DNA from: a bacterium
Lineage (GTDB): Bacteria; SAR324; XYD2-FULL-50-16
Length of the DNA stretch: 64,000 nt
Reading direction: 5' to 3'
Assembly: GCA_032250835.1 (NCBI GenBank)
Contig: JAVVEA010000003.1
Coordinates: 57,458-121,457 of the forward strand
Positions 28,846 through 38,647 of this stretch are shown here, one piece after another (the stretch's first letter is position 1; each line of letters opens with the position of its first letter). The position numbers and the translations under genes are program-made. The notes under the pieces were generated by a model. That model was not told the origin of the DNA. It did no database searches and saw nothing but the letters and a program-made list of their open reading frames with translations.

Positions 28846-29612
28846 TCTTACATTGGAATGTTGACCCCGTCTTGCTGCATCTGGGCGGCTTTGAGTTACG
28901 TTATTACGGACTGCTCTTCGCGGCGGGCTTTTATATTGCTTCCATCGGCCTAGGCCGAATGTTCAGTGCCGAAGGGCGCGACCCTAAAGACCTGGATGTC
29001 TTGTTGGGCTACACCATCTTCGGTGTGGTGGTCGGGGCTAGACTGGTGCATTGTTTGTTTTATGAGCCCGGATTTTACCTGAGCCATCCGCTGGAAATAT
29101 TAAAGGTCTGGAAGGGTGGCTTGGCTAGCCACGGCGGCGTGATGGGCGTCTTTGCGGCGGTCTATTGGTTCTCACGCAAGAAGGGTTACAGCTTTTTGTG
29201 GCTCCTTGACCGAGCATCTATCTGGGCAGCCCTAGGCGGTGCGTTGATCCGCCTGGGCAACCTGTTTAATTCCGAGATCGTCGGCCAGCCCACCGGTGGG
29301 GATTGGGGCCTAGTCTTTGAGCGGGTGGACCAACTGCCGAGGCACCCCACGGCGCTCTACGAAGCGGCCTGTTACTTGCTTGTATATGCGGTAACCCATG
29401 CCCTCTATACCCGGTCCAAAGACAAGCGCTTTGGGGGCCGCCTGTTTGGTTTGGCCATGTTCGGCGTCTTTGCCGCTCGCGCGGTGATTGAAGGGTTAAA
29501 GGAAAACCAAGCCGCTTTTGAGGCGGATATGTGGCTGAATATGGGGCAACTCTTGAGCCTGCCCTTTATGGCCTTAGCTTTATTCCTCATGCTCAGAAGG
29601 AACACTAGATGA
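28842..29612 (+). CDS. lgt: Prolipoprotein diacylglyceryl transferase
   Basis: RYYG, GARL, GGLASHGG, RLGNLFNSE and RHPTALYE motifs. Confidence 0.95.
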   Translation: MILHWNVDPVLLHLGGFELRYYGLLFAAGFYIASIGLGRMFSAEGRDPKDLDVLLGYTIFGVVVGARLVHCLFYEPGFYLSHPLEILKVWKGGLASHGGVMGVFAAVYWFSRKKGYSFLWLLDRASIWAALGGALIRLGNLFNSEIVGQPTGGDWGLVFERVDQLPRHPTALYEAACYLLVYAVTHALYTRSKDKRFGGRLFGLAMFGVFAARAVIEGLKENQAAFEADMWLNMGQLLSLPFMALALFLMLRRNTR

Positions 29613-30502
29613 CCATCATCCTGCCCAAAGCCTACCATGCTCAAAAGGCCCTAGAGGCCAACAACGTGGCTTGTATCGCCACCGAACAGGCCATCAGCCA
29701 GGACATCCGGCCTTTGCGTATCGGCATCCTCAACATCATGCCCAACGTAAAGAGCTACGAATTTAACCTGCTCTACCCGCTGGGTAAGTCGATTTTGCAG
29801 ATTGATCCGGTTTGGATCAAGCTGGATTCCCATGCCTACAAGTCCAGCAGCGCGCAACACTTAGCCAACCTCTACATTAGCTTTGAAGAGGCCATTGCTG
29901 AAAAGCACTTAGACGGCTTGATCTTGACCGGTGCTCCGGTCGAAGAATTGGAATTTGAGCAGATTGTCTACTGGGACGAGGTACGCAAGATTTTAGAATA
30001 TGCCCGCACGAATATCGCCAGCACCATGGGGATCTGTTGGGGGGCTATGGCCTTAGCTAAGATGGTGGGCATCGAAAAGGAGTTGTTTGAACAAAAGCTC
30101 TTCGGTGTTTTCCGCAACAAAAACCTCAACAAGCGCCATAACATCACCGGCGACTTGGATGACTATTTCCTGACGCCCCAAAGCCGCCATGCGGGATATC
30201 CCAACGCGGAACTGGAAAAATGGCGCGATGCGGGGCAAGTAAATCTGTTGGCCTATTCCGAAGACGCCGGTTACACCATCTTCGAGACCACCGACCAGCG
30301 CTACCTGATGCATTTGGGGCACCCTGAATACAATTCCGGGCGTTTGTTAGAGGAATATTTGCGGGATAAGGCCTTGGGCCGCACCGACGTAGGCGAACCG
30401 GTGGGTTTTGATTCTAAGAACCCGGTCAACTGTTGGCGCAGCCACCGCAACGAGTTTTTTGCCCAGTGGATTAAGTTCGTGTACCTGACCACCACCTATT
30501 AA
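29609..30502 (+). CDS. metA: MetA-family homoserine O-acyltransferase, predicted acetyltransferase
   Basis: ILNIMP, TGAPVE, ICWGA, PQSRH and GHPEY motifs. Confidence 0.92.
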   Translation: MTIILPKAYHAQKALEANNVACIATEQAISQDIRPLRIGILNIMPNVKSYEFNLLYPLGKSILQIDPVWIKLDSHAYKSSSAQHLANLYISFEEAIAEKHLDGLILTGAPVEELEFEQIVYWDEVRKILEYARTNIASTMGICWGAMALAKMVGIEKELFEQKLFGVFRNKNLNKRHNITGDLDDYFLTPQSRHAGYPNAELEKWRDAGQVNLLAYSEDAGYTIFETTDQRYLMHLGHPEYNSGRLLEEYLRDKALGRTDVGEPVGFDSKNPVNCWRSHRNEFFAQWIKFVYLTTTY

Positions 30503-31215
30503 ATCCGGCGCAGGACCGCCAAGGGTAGCCAAAGGGTTTTGTCTCCGCGCTCGATTGCCGCCCACCGGCCCACCAACTCTTTGGGCGCAAGTTTGGTCCC
30601 GGCGGCCACCGGTTCCACGGTAGAAAATTCCATCCCCGGCCCCTCGCGCAGTCCGCTGGCCTCGATGGTTAGGTAGTCACCGGGCCAAAGCGGGCGCCAA
30701 GCAGACTGACTCAAGCCCACTAAAAACAAACAGGCCAACAGGCCCCACCCCAGGGCCCAGGAATTTCGGCGCTTTAGGCCTGCCCAAAAGGCCCAGGCGG
30801 CGGCCACCCAAAGCCCCAGACCCCAAACCCAAAGGGGGACGCGGCCCAGGCTGTAGAACAGGCTAAAGCCGTGCGGCGGTTGGCCTAATTGGGTTTCCAA
30901 TCGCTGGGCCCCGGCGCTGGCGGCATCTATGCTGGGGTCGAGCTTGAGGGCCTTTAAATAACTATGTAACGCTAAGGCGGGCTGGCCCGCCTCTTCGTGC
31001 AACCGCCCCAAATCGACCCAAAGCACGGCGTTGGACTCTTGGGCTAGGGCGGCTTCAAAGACCGCCAGGGCTCGGCCCAACCTTTCATCCTGCAACTGGT
31101 CGGGACCCGATTGGGCCGCCGAATAGGCCTCATAAGCTGGGCGCAGGTCTGGCGGGCTGGCCTGCAAGCCATTGTTCCCCCAGCAAATACCCAAAATCAG
31201 CAGCAGCCATTTCAT
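30499..31215 (-). CDS. TPR plus SH3 membrane protein (BatE-like)
   Basis: Signal peptide, TPR, two TM segments and a C-terminal LREGPG SH3b-like domain. Confidence 0.7.
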   Translation of the reverse strand: MKWLLLILGICWGNNGLQASPPDLRPAYEAYSAAQSGPDQLQDERLGRALAVFEAALAQESNAVLWVDLGRLHEEAGQPALALHSYLKALKLDPSIDAASAGAQRLETQLGQPPHGFSLFYSLGRVPLWVWGLGLWVAAAWAFWAGLKRRNSWALGWGLLACLFLVGLSQSAWRPLWPGDYLTIEASGLREGPGMEFSTVEPVAAGTKLAPKELVGRWAAIERGDKTLWLPLAVLRRI

Positions 31216-32195
31216 AACACCAAAGCCCCGCGCTGCAAATGTTCTAGCTTCAATAAGAGTCCCTCTAAGGCCAACTGGCGGCCCGCTTGGGCCTCGACGG
31301 CCTTGGTGGTTTCTAACACTAAATCAAAGGCATCGCTCGCCTGTTGCAGGCTCCACCGACCCCCTTTTTGGGTTAGTTGCTCCACCAATTGGGGGCGTCC
31401 GCTACGCTCGCCCTGACCACTTAAGCCCCAGGATAGATCGCGGAACCAGCGGGCCAGGAATTCTAAGAAGAAACGCTCCAAATCCTGTTTGACCAGCGTC
31501 TCTACCCAGGTGAAGTGGTCGTTGAGTGCTTCGGGGTTGCGCCGGTAGAGGAACTGAGCCACTTGGGCCTGTAGCGCCAAAAGCTGCGGGGCCTTTTCGA
31601 CCAACTCCTTGCGGACTCGGCCTTCCGAATAGTTTAAGACCAACGCCAAGGCCTCTTCGTCCATCGAGAAGCGGTCGCTCAAGATTTTACCCAGGTCTTC
31701 GGGGCCCAAGCGCTCGAAGGGTAGGCGCTGGCAGCGCGAAAGGATGGTGTCTAACAAGCCGCGCTCGTCTTCGGCGGTTAAGATCAGCAGGCTGTCTAAG
31801 GGGGGCTCTTCCAGCAGCTTCAAAAAGGCGTTGGCCGCCTCGATGCCCAGCAACTGCGCCTGCTTGACCAAGACCACACGTTTGATGGCGTACGAGGGCT
31901 TGAGCGCCAAGCTGGCGGTCAAATCTTGGATTTGGGCGATCTTGATTTGCTTGCCGCTGGGCCCCAGGACCAGAAAGTCCGGGTGGGCCCCCGAAGCGAA
32001 AAGGCGGCAGTTGTCACAATGGCCGCAGGAATTTTGGCTGTCGCAGTTGATCTGTTGGGCGAAGACCCGGGCCAGACTGGATTTGCCCAAGCCTTTTGGG
32101 CCCAAAAAAAGATAGGCCGAGGGCAGGCGGTCGGCGGAACGGGCCGCCTCGAGCTGAGCGATTACCCGCGACTGTCCCAAGATTTCCCGGTTCAT
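31212..32195 (-). CDS. holB: DNA polymerase III delta prime subunit
   Basis: GPKGLGK, zinc-binding Cys cluster, HPD, ANAFLKLLEEPP and TILSRC; follows tmk. Confidence 0.93.
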   Translation of the reverse strand: MNREILGQSRVIAQLEAARSADRLPSAYLFLGPKGLGKSSLARVFAQQINCDSQNSCGHCDNCRLFASGAHPDFLVLGPSGKQIKIAQIQDLTASLALKPSYAIKRVVLVKQAQLLGIEAANAFLKLLEEPPLDSLLILTAEDERGLLDTILSRCQRLPFERLGPEDLGKILSDRFSMDEEALALVLNYSEGRVRKELVEKAPQLLALQAQVAQFLYRRNPEALNDHFTWVETLVKQDLERFFLEFLARWFRDLSWGLSGQGERSGRPQLVEQLTQKGGRWSLQQASDAFDLVLETTKAVEAQAGRQLALEGLLLKLEHLQRGALVL

Positions 32196-32812
32196 GACTC
32201 GATGCGCTTGAGAACCTTTTGCACCACCTCATTATGGATCACTTCCACCGGACGGTTGGCGTCGATCACCAGGAACCGCTCCGGTGCCCGCGCAGCTAGC
32301 TGCATATAGGCATGGTCGGTGGCTTCAAAAAAGGCCCGTTCCTCTGACTCCAAACGGCAGGGCTCCTCACCCTTGGCCTGATTGCGCAGGTTCAATCGCT
32401 GGTGCGCCAGGGCGGGAGCGAGCCGGAAGAAGAGGGTTAAGGCCGGTAACTCTAGTTGGTCTTCTAAGGGCTTCAGCCAAGTTAGGTCCAGGCCCCGCCC
32501 GCCGCCTTGATAGGCCAGGGTGGCGTCGTGGTAACGGTCGCATAACACCAGCTTGCCGGTTTTGAGCGCCGGGCGGATGACCTCTTCAACATGTTGGATG
32601 CGGTCGGCCATGTAGAGCAATAACTCGGTGGTCGAGGTCATCTTGCGGTTTTGGGGGTCCAGTAAGATCCGGCGGATCTGCTGGCCGATTTCGGTGCCGC
32701 CGGGCTGGCGGGTGAGCAGCGCGTCGGTGCCCCAGGCCTTTAGGGACTGTTCCAATAGCGTGACTTGGGTGCTCTTGCCGGAGCCGTCAATGCCCTCGAA
32801 GGTGATCAGCAT
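32192..32812 (-). CDS. tmk: Thymidylate kinase
   Basis: FEGIDGSGKST, DRY and AYQG motifs. Confidence 0.96.
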   Translation of the reverse strand: MLITFEGIDGSGKSTQVTLLEQSLKAWGTDALLTRQPGGTEIGQQIRRILLDPQNRKMTSTTELLLYMADRIQHVEEVIRPALKTGKLVLCDRYHDATLAYQGGGRGLDLTWLKPLEDQLELPALTLFFRLAPALAHQRLNLRNQAKGEEPCRLESEERAFFEATDHAYMQLAARAPERFLVIDANRPVEVIHNEVVQKVLKRIES

Positions 32813-32814
32813 GG

Positions 32815-34095
32815 CTAAACCCTTAGGATTTCGGCACCCAGCGCGTTCAGGCGCTGGTCGATGGCGGCGTAGCCCCGGTCGATCTGCTGGATGTTGTGGA
32901 TCTCGCTGGTACCCTTAGCGCAGAGCGCAGCGATTAAGAGCGCCATACCGGCGCGGATGTCCGGGCTGGTCAGCGTCGTGGCGCGCAATAAAGAAGGCCC
33001 AACCACCACGGCGCGGTGGGGGTCACAAAGAACGATCTTGGCCCCCATGCCGATCAGCTTATCAACCCAAAATAGGCGGCTTTCAAAGAGCTTTTCAAAG
33101 ATCAATACGGTGCCTTTGCATTGGGTCGCCACGATGGTCATGATACTGGTTAAGTCAGCTGGAAAACCCGGCCAGGGGGCGTCATCGATCTTCGGGATGG
33201 ACTGGTCCAGATCGTTTTGGATCACCATCTTTTGTTTCGCCGGGATCAATAAATCGTCCTTGCCTTGGTGAACTACCTCAACACCCAGACGCTTAAAGTA
33301 GCTCAAGATTTGTCCCAAATGGGCCCAGCCCGCGTCTTTGATCAAAATTTCGCTCTTGGTCACTGCTGCCAAGCCGATCAAGCTGCCCACCTCGGTGTGG
33401 TCCGGTTGGATGGTATAATCACAGCCGCCCAACCGCTCGACACCTTGGACTACCAGCAGGTTGCTGCCGATGCCCGAAATTTTGGCACCCATTAGGTTGA
33501 GCATCTGGCAAAGCCCCTGTACGTGAGGCTCACAGGCGGCGTTGTAGATGCTGGTGGTGCCCTTGGCTAGGGCTGCGGCCATGACCAAATGTTCGGTCGC
33601 CATAACCGAAGCCTCATCAAGCAGCAAATGCGCGCCGCTCAGCCCTTTGGTGGTGACTTGGTACCCGCCGGGCTTGGAGGTGAACTTTAGGCCTAGTTGC
33701 TCTAGGCCATGGATATGGGTGTCTAGGCGGCGCTTGCCGATGGCGTCCCCACCGGGCTCATAGACCTTGGTCTTGCCACCGCGGATCGCCAAAGGGGCGG
33801 CCAGCAGAAAGCTACCCCGGATGGCGCGGGCCAAGCCTGCTTCGGGCTCATGGCTGACCAATTTGCCGGCGTCGAACTGGTAGGTGTTTTCGCCCTTGTA
33901 GGTAATGGTCACGCCCAGGCCTTCTAAGATCTCCTTCATCTTGCCGATGTCGCCGATGTGCGGGAGATTGTGGATGGTGACCGGCTCTTCGGTCAGCAGC
34001 ACCGCCGCCAGAACGGGCAGGGCCTCGTTCTTGTTGCCCGAGGGACGGATTTCGCCCTTCAGTTGGTTGCCGCCCTTGACGATAAATTTTTCCAT
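32815..34095 (-). CDS. murA: UDP-N-acetylglucosamine 1-carboxyvinyltransferase (Asp at the catalytic Cys site)
   Basis: SGNKN, PGGDAIG, FESR, DIRAG and IDRGY motifs. Confidence 0.96.
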   Translation of the reverse strand: MEKFIVKGGNQLKGEIRPSGNKNEALPVLAAVLLTEEPVTIHNLPHIGDIGKMKEILEGLGVTITYKGENTYQFDAGKLVSHEPEAGLARAIRGSFLLAAPLAIRGGKTKVYEPGGDAIGKRRLDTHIHGLEQLGLKFTSKPGGYQVTTKGLSGAHLLLDEASVMATEHLVMAAALAKGTTSIYNAACEPHVQGLCQMLNLMGAKISGIGSNLLVVQGVERLGGCDYTIQPDHTEVGSLIGLAAVTKSEILIKDAGWAHLGQILSYFKRLGVEVVHQGKDDLLIPAKQKMVIQNDLDQSIPKIDDAPWPGFPADLTSIMTIVATQCKGTVLIFEKLFESRLFWVDKLIGMGAKIVLCDPHRAVVVGPSLLRATTLTSPDIRAGMALLIAALCAKGTSEIHNIQQIDRGYAAIDQRLNALGAEILRV

Positions 34096-34261
34096 AAAGC
34101 TGGTAGAACCGGGAGTTTACAGGCCTGGGGTTTGTTCTCGATTCTTCCAGAGCCAACCCCAAAGGTCAATTTTTTTGGGGCGATTTTGGGGGCTTGGGGA
34201 TTATGTGTTGGCTGAAATTAAACCGAAAAAACCGGCGGGAATTGGGGGCTTGTGCTTGGGT

Positions 34262-34458
34262 ACGCCCTCAAGCGTCGCTTCGCTTGCTTGTCGGGTTAAA
34301 TTCAGCGCGGGGAGCTCCGCTTCTAGGGCTATTTTGAATCCCAATTCCCTGCTCCTTCCAGGCTCTGAGAAAAACCACTCAAAGCGCTGGATTAGTAAGA
34401 ATTGCTCTTTATGAACTCATCTTTACCCTGAACATCCCTTCAAAGGGGGTCCACCTCC
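34262..34458 (-). repeat. About 200-bp non-coding repeat, left copy (inverted relative to 35628-35824)
   Basis: Its reverse complement aligns colinearly with 35628-35824. Shared exact blocks are ACTAATCCAGCGC, GAATTGGGAT, TCCCCGCGCTG and AGCGACGCTTGAGGGCGT. Confidence 0.9.
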
Positions 34459-34484
34459 GGTGGCTCTGCTTTATTGGCGTTGGT

Positions 34485-35543
34485 TTAAATATCCACCCTT
34501 CTCGGCACCGGGCTGGCACCGCCGGGCTGGTCGGCGAAGTGTCCGTGGACTTGGGCTCCGCAATGGCGGCAGTAGCCGCCGGGGCCCAATTGGTAGCTAA
34601 GGATCTGGTAGCGGTCCCGCTGGATCACTAGGCCGCTGCAACGGGGGCAGTGGGTCGCGTCGCCTTCGGGGTGGTAGACATTGCCGGTGTAGACGTAGTG
34701 TAACCCCGCCTCCAGGCCAATCTGGCGAGCGCGGTCTAGAGATTCTAAGCCGGTCCTGGGGTGGCCTAACATTTGGTGGTCTGGATGGAAAGCTGAGATA
34801 TGCCAGGGGACCTGGGGCCCCAAGGCCTCAACCATCCATTGGGCCATGGCCTCCAATTCTGCCGGATCATCGTTTTCCCCCTCAATCAATAGGGTGGTCA
34901 CTTCCAACCAAACCTTCGTCTCCTGGGCCAAATAAACCAGCGTCTCCTTGACCGGACTCAGCCGCCCACCGCAAAGCCGGTGGTAAAAGTGGTCATCAAA
35001 GGCCTTGAGGTCCACGTTCGCCGCCGAGACGTCTTTAAACAAGGCCTCGCGCGGCTCCTCGTTGACGTAACCAGCGGTGACCAAAACCACCTCCACCCCG
35101 GCGGCCCGGCAAGCCGCCGCTAGGTCGATGGCAAACTCAGCATAAATCACCGGGTCGTTGTAGGTTAACGCAACGCTCCGCGCGCCCGCCTCGATTGCTG
35201 CCTGGGCCAACTGTTCGGGCGTGACCGGGCGGGCCAGATGGTCCCAGTGTTTTTCTTTGCTGATGCCCCAGTTTTGGCAAAACTTACAGGACAAATTGCA
35301 GCCAATGGTGCCCAGGCTGAGCACCGCGCTGCCGGGATAAAAGTGGTTTAGCGGCTTTTTTTCGATGGGGTCTAGCTGGAAGCCGCTAGAAAGGCCGTAG
35401 GAATTGAGGTAGAGTTGGCCACCCCGGTTCTCGCGGTTTTGGCAAAAACCGACCTGTCCGGGCTTGATCACGCAGGCCCTGGGGCAGAGCTGGCAGCGCA
35501 GCTTTTGGTGTTCTAAGGGTTCAAAATATTGCGCTTGTCGCAT
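34485..35543 (-). CDS. amrS: AmmeMemoRadiSam system radical SAM enzyme
   Basis: CQLCPRAC, DPIEKKPLNHF, CNLSCKFCQNW and YVYTGN motifs. Start is ATG at 35543; the ORF-track extension runs into the repeat. Confidence 0.9.
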   Translation of the reverse strand: MRQAQYFEPLEHQKLRCQLCPRACVIKPGQVGFCQNRENRGGQLYLNSYGLSSGFQLDPIEKKPLNHFYPGSAVLSLGTIGCNLSCKFCQNWGISKEKHWDHLARPVTPEQLAQAAIEAGARSVALTYNDPVIYAEFAIDLAAACRAAGVEVVLVTAGYVNEEPREALFKDVSAANVDLKAFDDHFYHRLCGGRLSPVKETLVYLAQETKVWLEVTTLLIEGENDDPAELEAMAQWMVEALGPQVPWHISAFHPDHQMLGHPRTGLESLDRARQIGLEAGLHYVYTGNVYHPEGDATHCPRCSGLVIQRDRYQILSYQLGPGGYCRHCGAQVHGHFADQPGGASPVPRRVDI

Positions 35544-35627
35544 GACTGTTGCCGGTAAGAGAACAAAACAAGCGGGGTCCAGGGGCCATCGGCCCTTGGC
35601 GGGGGAGTAGGCGGCTTGCCGCCGCGA

Positions 35628-35824
35628 GGGGGCGGAGCCCCTTCGAAGGGACGTAAAAGGTAAAGTTGAACTCAAAAAGAGCAAGTTCTAACTAATCCAG
35701 CGCCTTGAGGGACTTCCATCGGGCCCTGGAAGAACAAAGAATTGGGATCCAAAGCAGCCCCAGAATCGCAGTTCCCCGCGCTGGATTCGCCCCGTTAAGC
35801 GAGTGCAGCGACGCTTGAGGGCGT
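35628..35824 (+). repeat. About 200-bp non-coding repeat, right copy
   Basis: See the left copy. Contains the hairpin GGGGC-GGA-GCCCC and a perfect stem AATCCAGCGC 35694-35703 / GCGCTGGATT 35778-35787. Confidence 0.9.
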
Positions 35825-35957
35825 GAATCCTAAAATGTATCCCCTGCGGTTGGCAATCAATCGCCCCAACCCTTGAAGTGAACGCACTTATCCCTTCCCT
35901 GCTGTTGTTATATTAGCTGATCAAAGCCTTGGGGCCAAGAGGCTTTGGCCCAGGGGA

Positions 35958-37007
35958 CTACAAAACCCGCAATTTAGCCGGGCCTTTGCGGAAATGGCCG
36001 ATGCAGACCGCATCGGTCACCCCGCTTTGGGCGAGACCGCGCATGAAAACCGCCTCAATCGACTCGGGCACCGCAAAGAGCAAGCCCCCGGAGGTCTGCG
36101 GGTCGAACAATAATTCTTCTTCGGCGGCGCTTAACGAAGCGGGCAACTCCAAAAATCCTTCCATCAGCTTGCGGTTGTCGCCGTTGCTGCGGGTGGTCAC
36201 GCCTTTTTGGTACATGTCCAGCGCCCCGTCGTAAAAGGGCAGGCGGGCATGTTGTAATTCTAAGGTCAGGCCCGCGCCGCGGGCCATCTCTAGGCCATGG
36301 CCCAAGATGCCAAAGCCGGTCACGTCCGTGGCGGCGTGGATTTCTAGGCCCTGGGCCGCCTCTTTGGCCAGCCGGTTCAGTTTGCACAAAGAAGGGATCA
36401 CCTGCGCTTGCAAAGCCGAGTAAGAAAATTTATTGCCCCGCACCGCGTTGAGCAAAACGCCGGAGCCCAGCGGTTTGGTCAAAATCAAGGCGTCTCCTTC
36501 GCGGGCCCCATTATTACGCCAGATTTCGCCAGGGTGGACTTGCCCGGTGACCGAAAGGCCGTATTTGGGTTCTTCGTCCTCGACGCTATGCCCGCCGATG
36601 ATCACCGCCCCGGCTTCGCCCACCTTGTCGGCTCCGCCGCGCAGGATTTCTTTTAAGACCGCCAAAGACAATTTTTTGGTCGGGAACATGACCAAGTTCA
36701 TGGCCGTCAAGGGCTCGCCGCCCATCGCGTAAATGTCGCTTAAGCTGTTGGCGGCGGCGATCTGTCCGAAGATATAAGGGTCGTCTACGGCGGGGGTGAT
36801 GAAGTCCACGGTGTTGACCAACGCTAAGGTCGGCGAAAGTTGATACACCCCGGCGTCGTCGGAAGTTTCGGTCCCGACCAATAACTGGGGATGTGTCGTC
36901 GAGCCCAGTCCCGACAATGCTTCCGACAGACCTGTCGGCCCTAGCTTAGCGGCTCAGCCGCAGGTTTTTGCTAGGTGCGTCAGGCGTTTTTTCTTCTTAA
37001 ACCACAT
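35958..37007 (-). CDS. selD: Selenide, water dikinase, selenocysteine-containing (349 aa; Sec18 at TGA 36956-36954)
   Basis: ATG at 37007 reads MWFKKKKRLTHLAKTCG-TGA-AAKLGP in frame with DDAGV, NSLSDIYAMGG, GGHS, TDVTGFG and DPQTSGGLL. Confidence 0.93.
36923..36938 (-). promoter_or_regulatory. Bacterial SECIS hairpin
   Basis: CCGACA-GGTC-TGTCGG begins 15 nt 3' of the in-frame UGA. The apical CAGGUCUG matches the E. coli fdhF SECIS apex. Confidence 0.85.
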
Positions 37008-37134
37008 CTCTTGGTTGCTCCTAAAGTTGAGGTTTGAGGTTAGCAGGTCCCACCAAAGGCGGCAATTGGCTTGTCAGTCGGGGCCGATTTGGAGTACCTT
37101 GGGGGGCGAAATCAACGATCCATTAAGGGGATTT

Positions 37135-38076
37135 ATGGCCGTTAGTACAGACTTGGGCTTTGGCGTGTTCTGCGTTGAGCTAAGCGACCAAAAGGGCAAG
37201 TACCCGATCTCGGGCTTTCTCTTGTTAGATCGCCTGAAGTGTGTGGTCGAGACCGGGCCTTCGGGGGCCCATGGCAACCTGCTCAAAGCCCTAGAAGAAA
37301 GGGGCGTTGCCTTAACCGACCTAGACGCGATCATCGTCACCCACATCCACCTAGACCATAGCGGCGGCGCGGGCCTGCTGGCCCAAAAATGCCCCAACGC
37401 CAAAATCTATGTACACTCGCGCGGTGCGCAACACTTGACGGACCCCAGCAAGCTTGAAGCCAGCGCCCGTGAGGTCTATGGGCCTCTGTTCGAGACGCTT
37501 TTTGCGCCGATTGTGCCGGTGGACCCCGAGCGGCTGGTGGTCATGAAAGACGGGGACCGCTTAGAGGTGGGGCCGGGCCGGGTCTTGGAATTTTACGATG
37601 CGCCGGGCCATGCGCTGCACCATTTTTTTGTCTTCGACCCTAAGTCCCAAGGGATCTTTAGCGGCGACGCCGCCGGAATGCTCTACAAAGACGCCGAACT
37701 GGCCCACGGGGCTAGCCTCTGCCTGCCCGCCACCACGCCGGTCCAGTTTGACCCCGCCGCCATGGCCGCAACGGCACGGCGCATGAAGGAGTTAAACCCG
37801 GCGCGCATCTACTACACCCACTTCGGCCACACCGAAAAGGCTGTAGAGATGCTCGACGAAATGCTCTTTTGGCTGCCCCTGTATGGCAGCGTGGCCATTG
37901 AAGAATACAAACGCCACCGGGACGTGGAGCAACTTGCCGAGTTTCTGTTCCAGCGCATCTTGGCCGAAGCCGCCGCCCGAGGCATCCCCGATGACAGCCA
38001 CATGAACGGCCTACGCTTCGACTGCGGCCTCAACGCCCAAGGCATCGCCGCCCGGGTGGCGTATGAGGAGCGGTAA
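37135..38076 (+). CDS. Metallo-beta-lactamase fold hydrolase
   Basis: THIHLDHSGG, PGHALHH, GD and THFG motifs. Confidence 0.9.
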   Translation: MAVSTDLGFGVFCVELSDQKGKYPISGFLLLDRLKCVVETGPSGAHGNLLKALEERGVALTDLDAIIVTHIHLDHSGGAGLLAQKCPNAKIYVHSRGAQHLTDPSKLEASAREVYGPLFETLFAPIVPVDPERLVVMKDGDRLEVGPGRVLEFYDAPGHALHHFFVFDPKSQGIFSGDAAGMLYKDAELAHGASLCLPATTPVQFDPAAMAATARRMKELNPARIYYTHFGHTEKAVEMLDEMLFWLPLYGSVAIEEYKRHRDVEQLAEFLFQRILAEAAARGIPDDSHMNGLRFDCGLNAQGIAARVAYEER

Positions 38077-38083
38077 GGGCGAA

Positions 38084-38647
38084 TTAGGGGAGGTTTGAGA
38101 TCATGCGTTGCAGGCCCAAAACCAATTGCTTAAAGCTTTCTGAACGATTGTTTGAGAGGTTTAACAAGGGTGAAATCTCTCTGGAGCCAGAAACCTTTTG
38201 GTATTGAAAGTTAGTTAAAGCTTCAAGCTCAGTACAGGGATTTTGGAGGTTGTCTGGCGCTCGATATTTTTTCTTTTCCTGCTGGCTGCTCAATCCGGGC
38301 AGGTCTAAAGCCCGTTCAACTGCCTCTAAGTCACCTAAATAAAAGCTCTCAAGTTCACGGCAAGCAATGCGTACCAAAACGTTTTCTTTGCCAGCTTGTC
38401 TGCATATGTCTTGTAGGTTGCTTTTTACCTGAAGGCAGTCACCTCGATCCTGATCCCTTAGGATTACAAAATGGGTATCTGGGAGGTTCCAGTGCTTCAG
38501 TTTTTTTAATAGGTTCTTTTCTAGATCTTGTTTTCCATTGAATTTTATATATTTTATGGAAATTTCTTCGGGTACAATCTTAGGTAAGATTCCTTCCAAC
38601 ATCTTTTCTGCCGATAGCTCTTCTAAAAAGAAAGCAATGGTCTTCAT
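38084..38647 (-). CDS. DUF4276-like TOPRIM-fold protein
   Basis: FFLEE.S, ILRDQD, ELESFYLGD and YQKV motifs; AT-rich; coupled to the upstream ATPase. Confidence 0.7.
   Translation of the reverse strand: MKTIAFFLEELSAEKMLEGILPKIVPEEISIKYIKFNGKQDLEKNLLKKLKHWNLPDTHFVILRDQDRGDCLQVKSNLQDICRQAGKENVLVRIACRELESFYLGDLEAVERALDLPGLSSQQEKKKYRAPDNLQNPCTELEALTNFQYQKVSGSREISPLLNLSNNRSESFKQLVLGLQRMISNLP

Noticed and set aside
34262-35824. Autonomous IS or transposon
   Set aside because: The enclosed gene is a radical SAM enzyme, not a transposase, and I found no target-site duplication.
35958-37007. selD as a nonsense pseudogene or a 319-aa protein
   Set aside because: The UGA lies exactly at the catalytic position and is followed by a SECIS hairpin.
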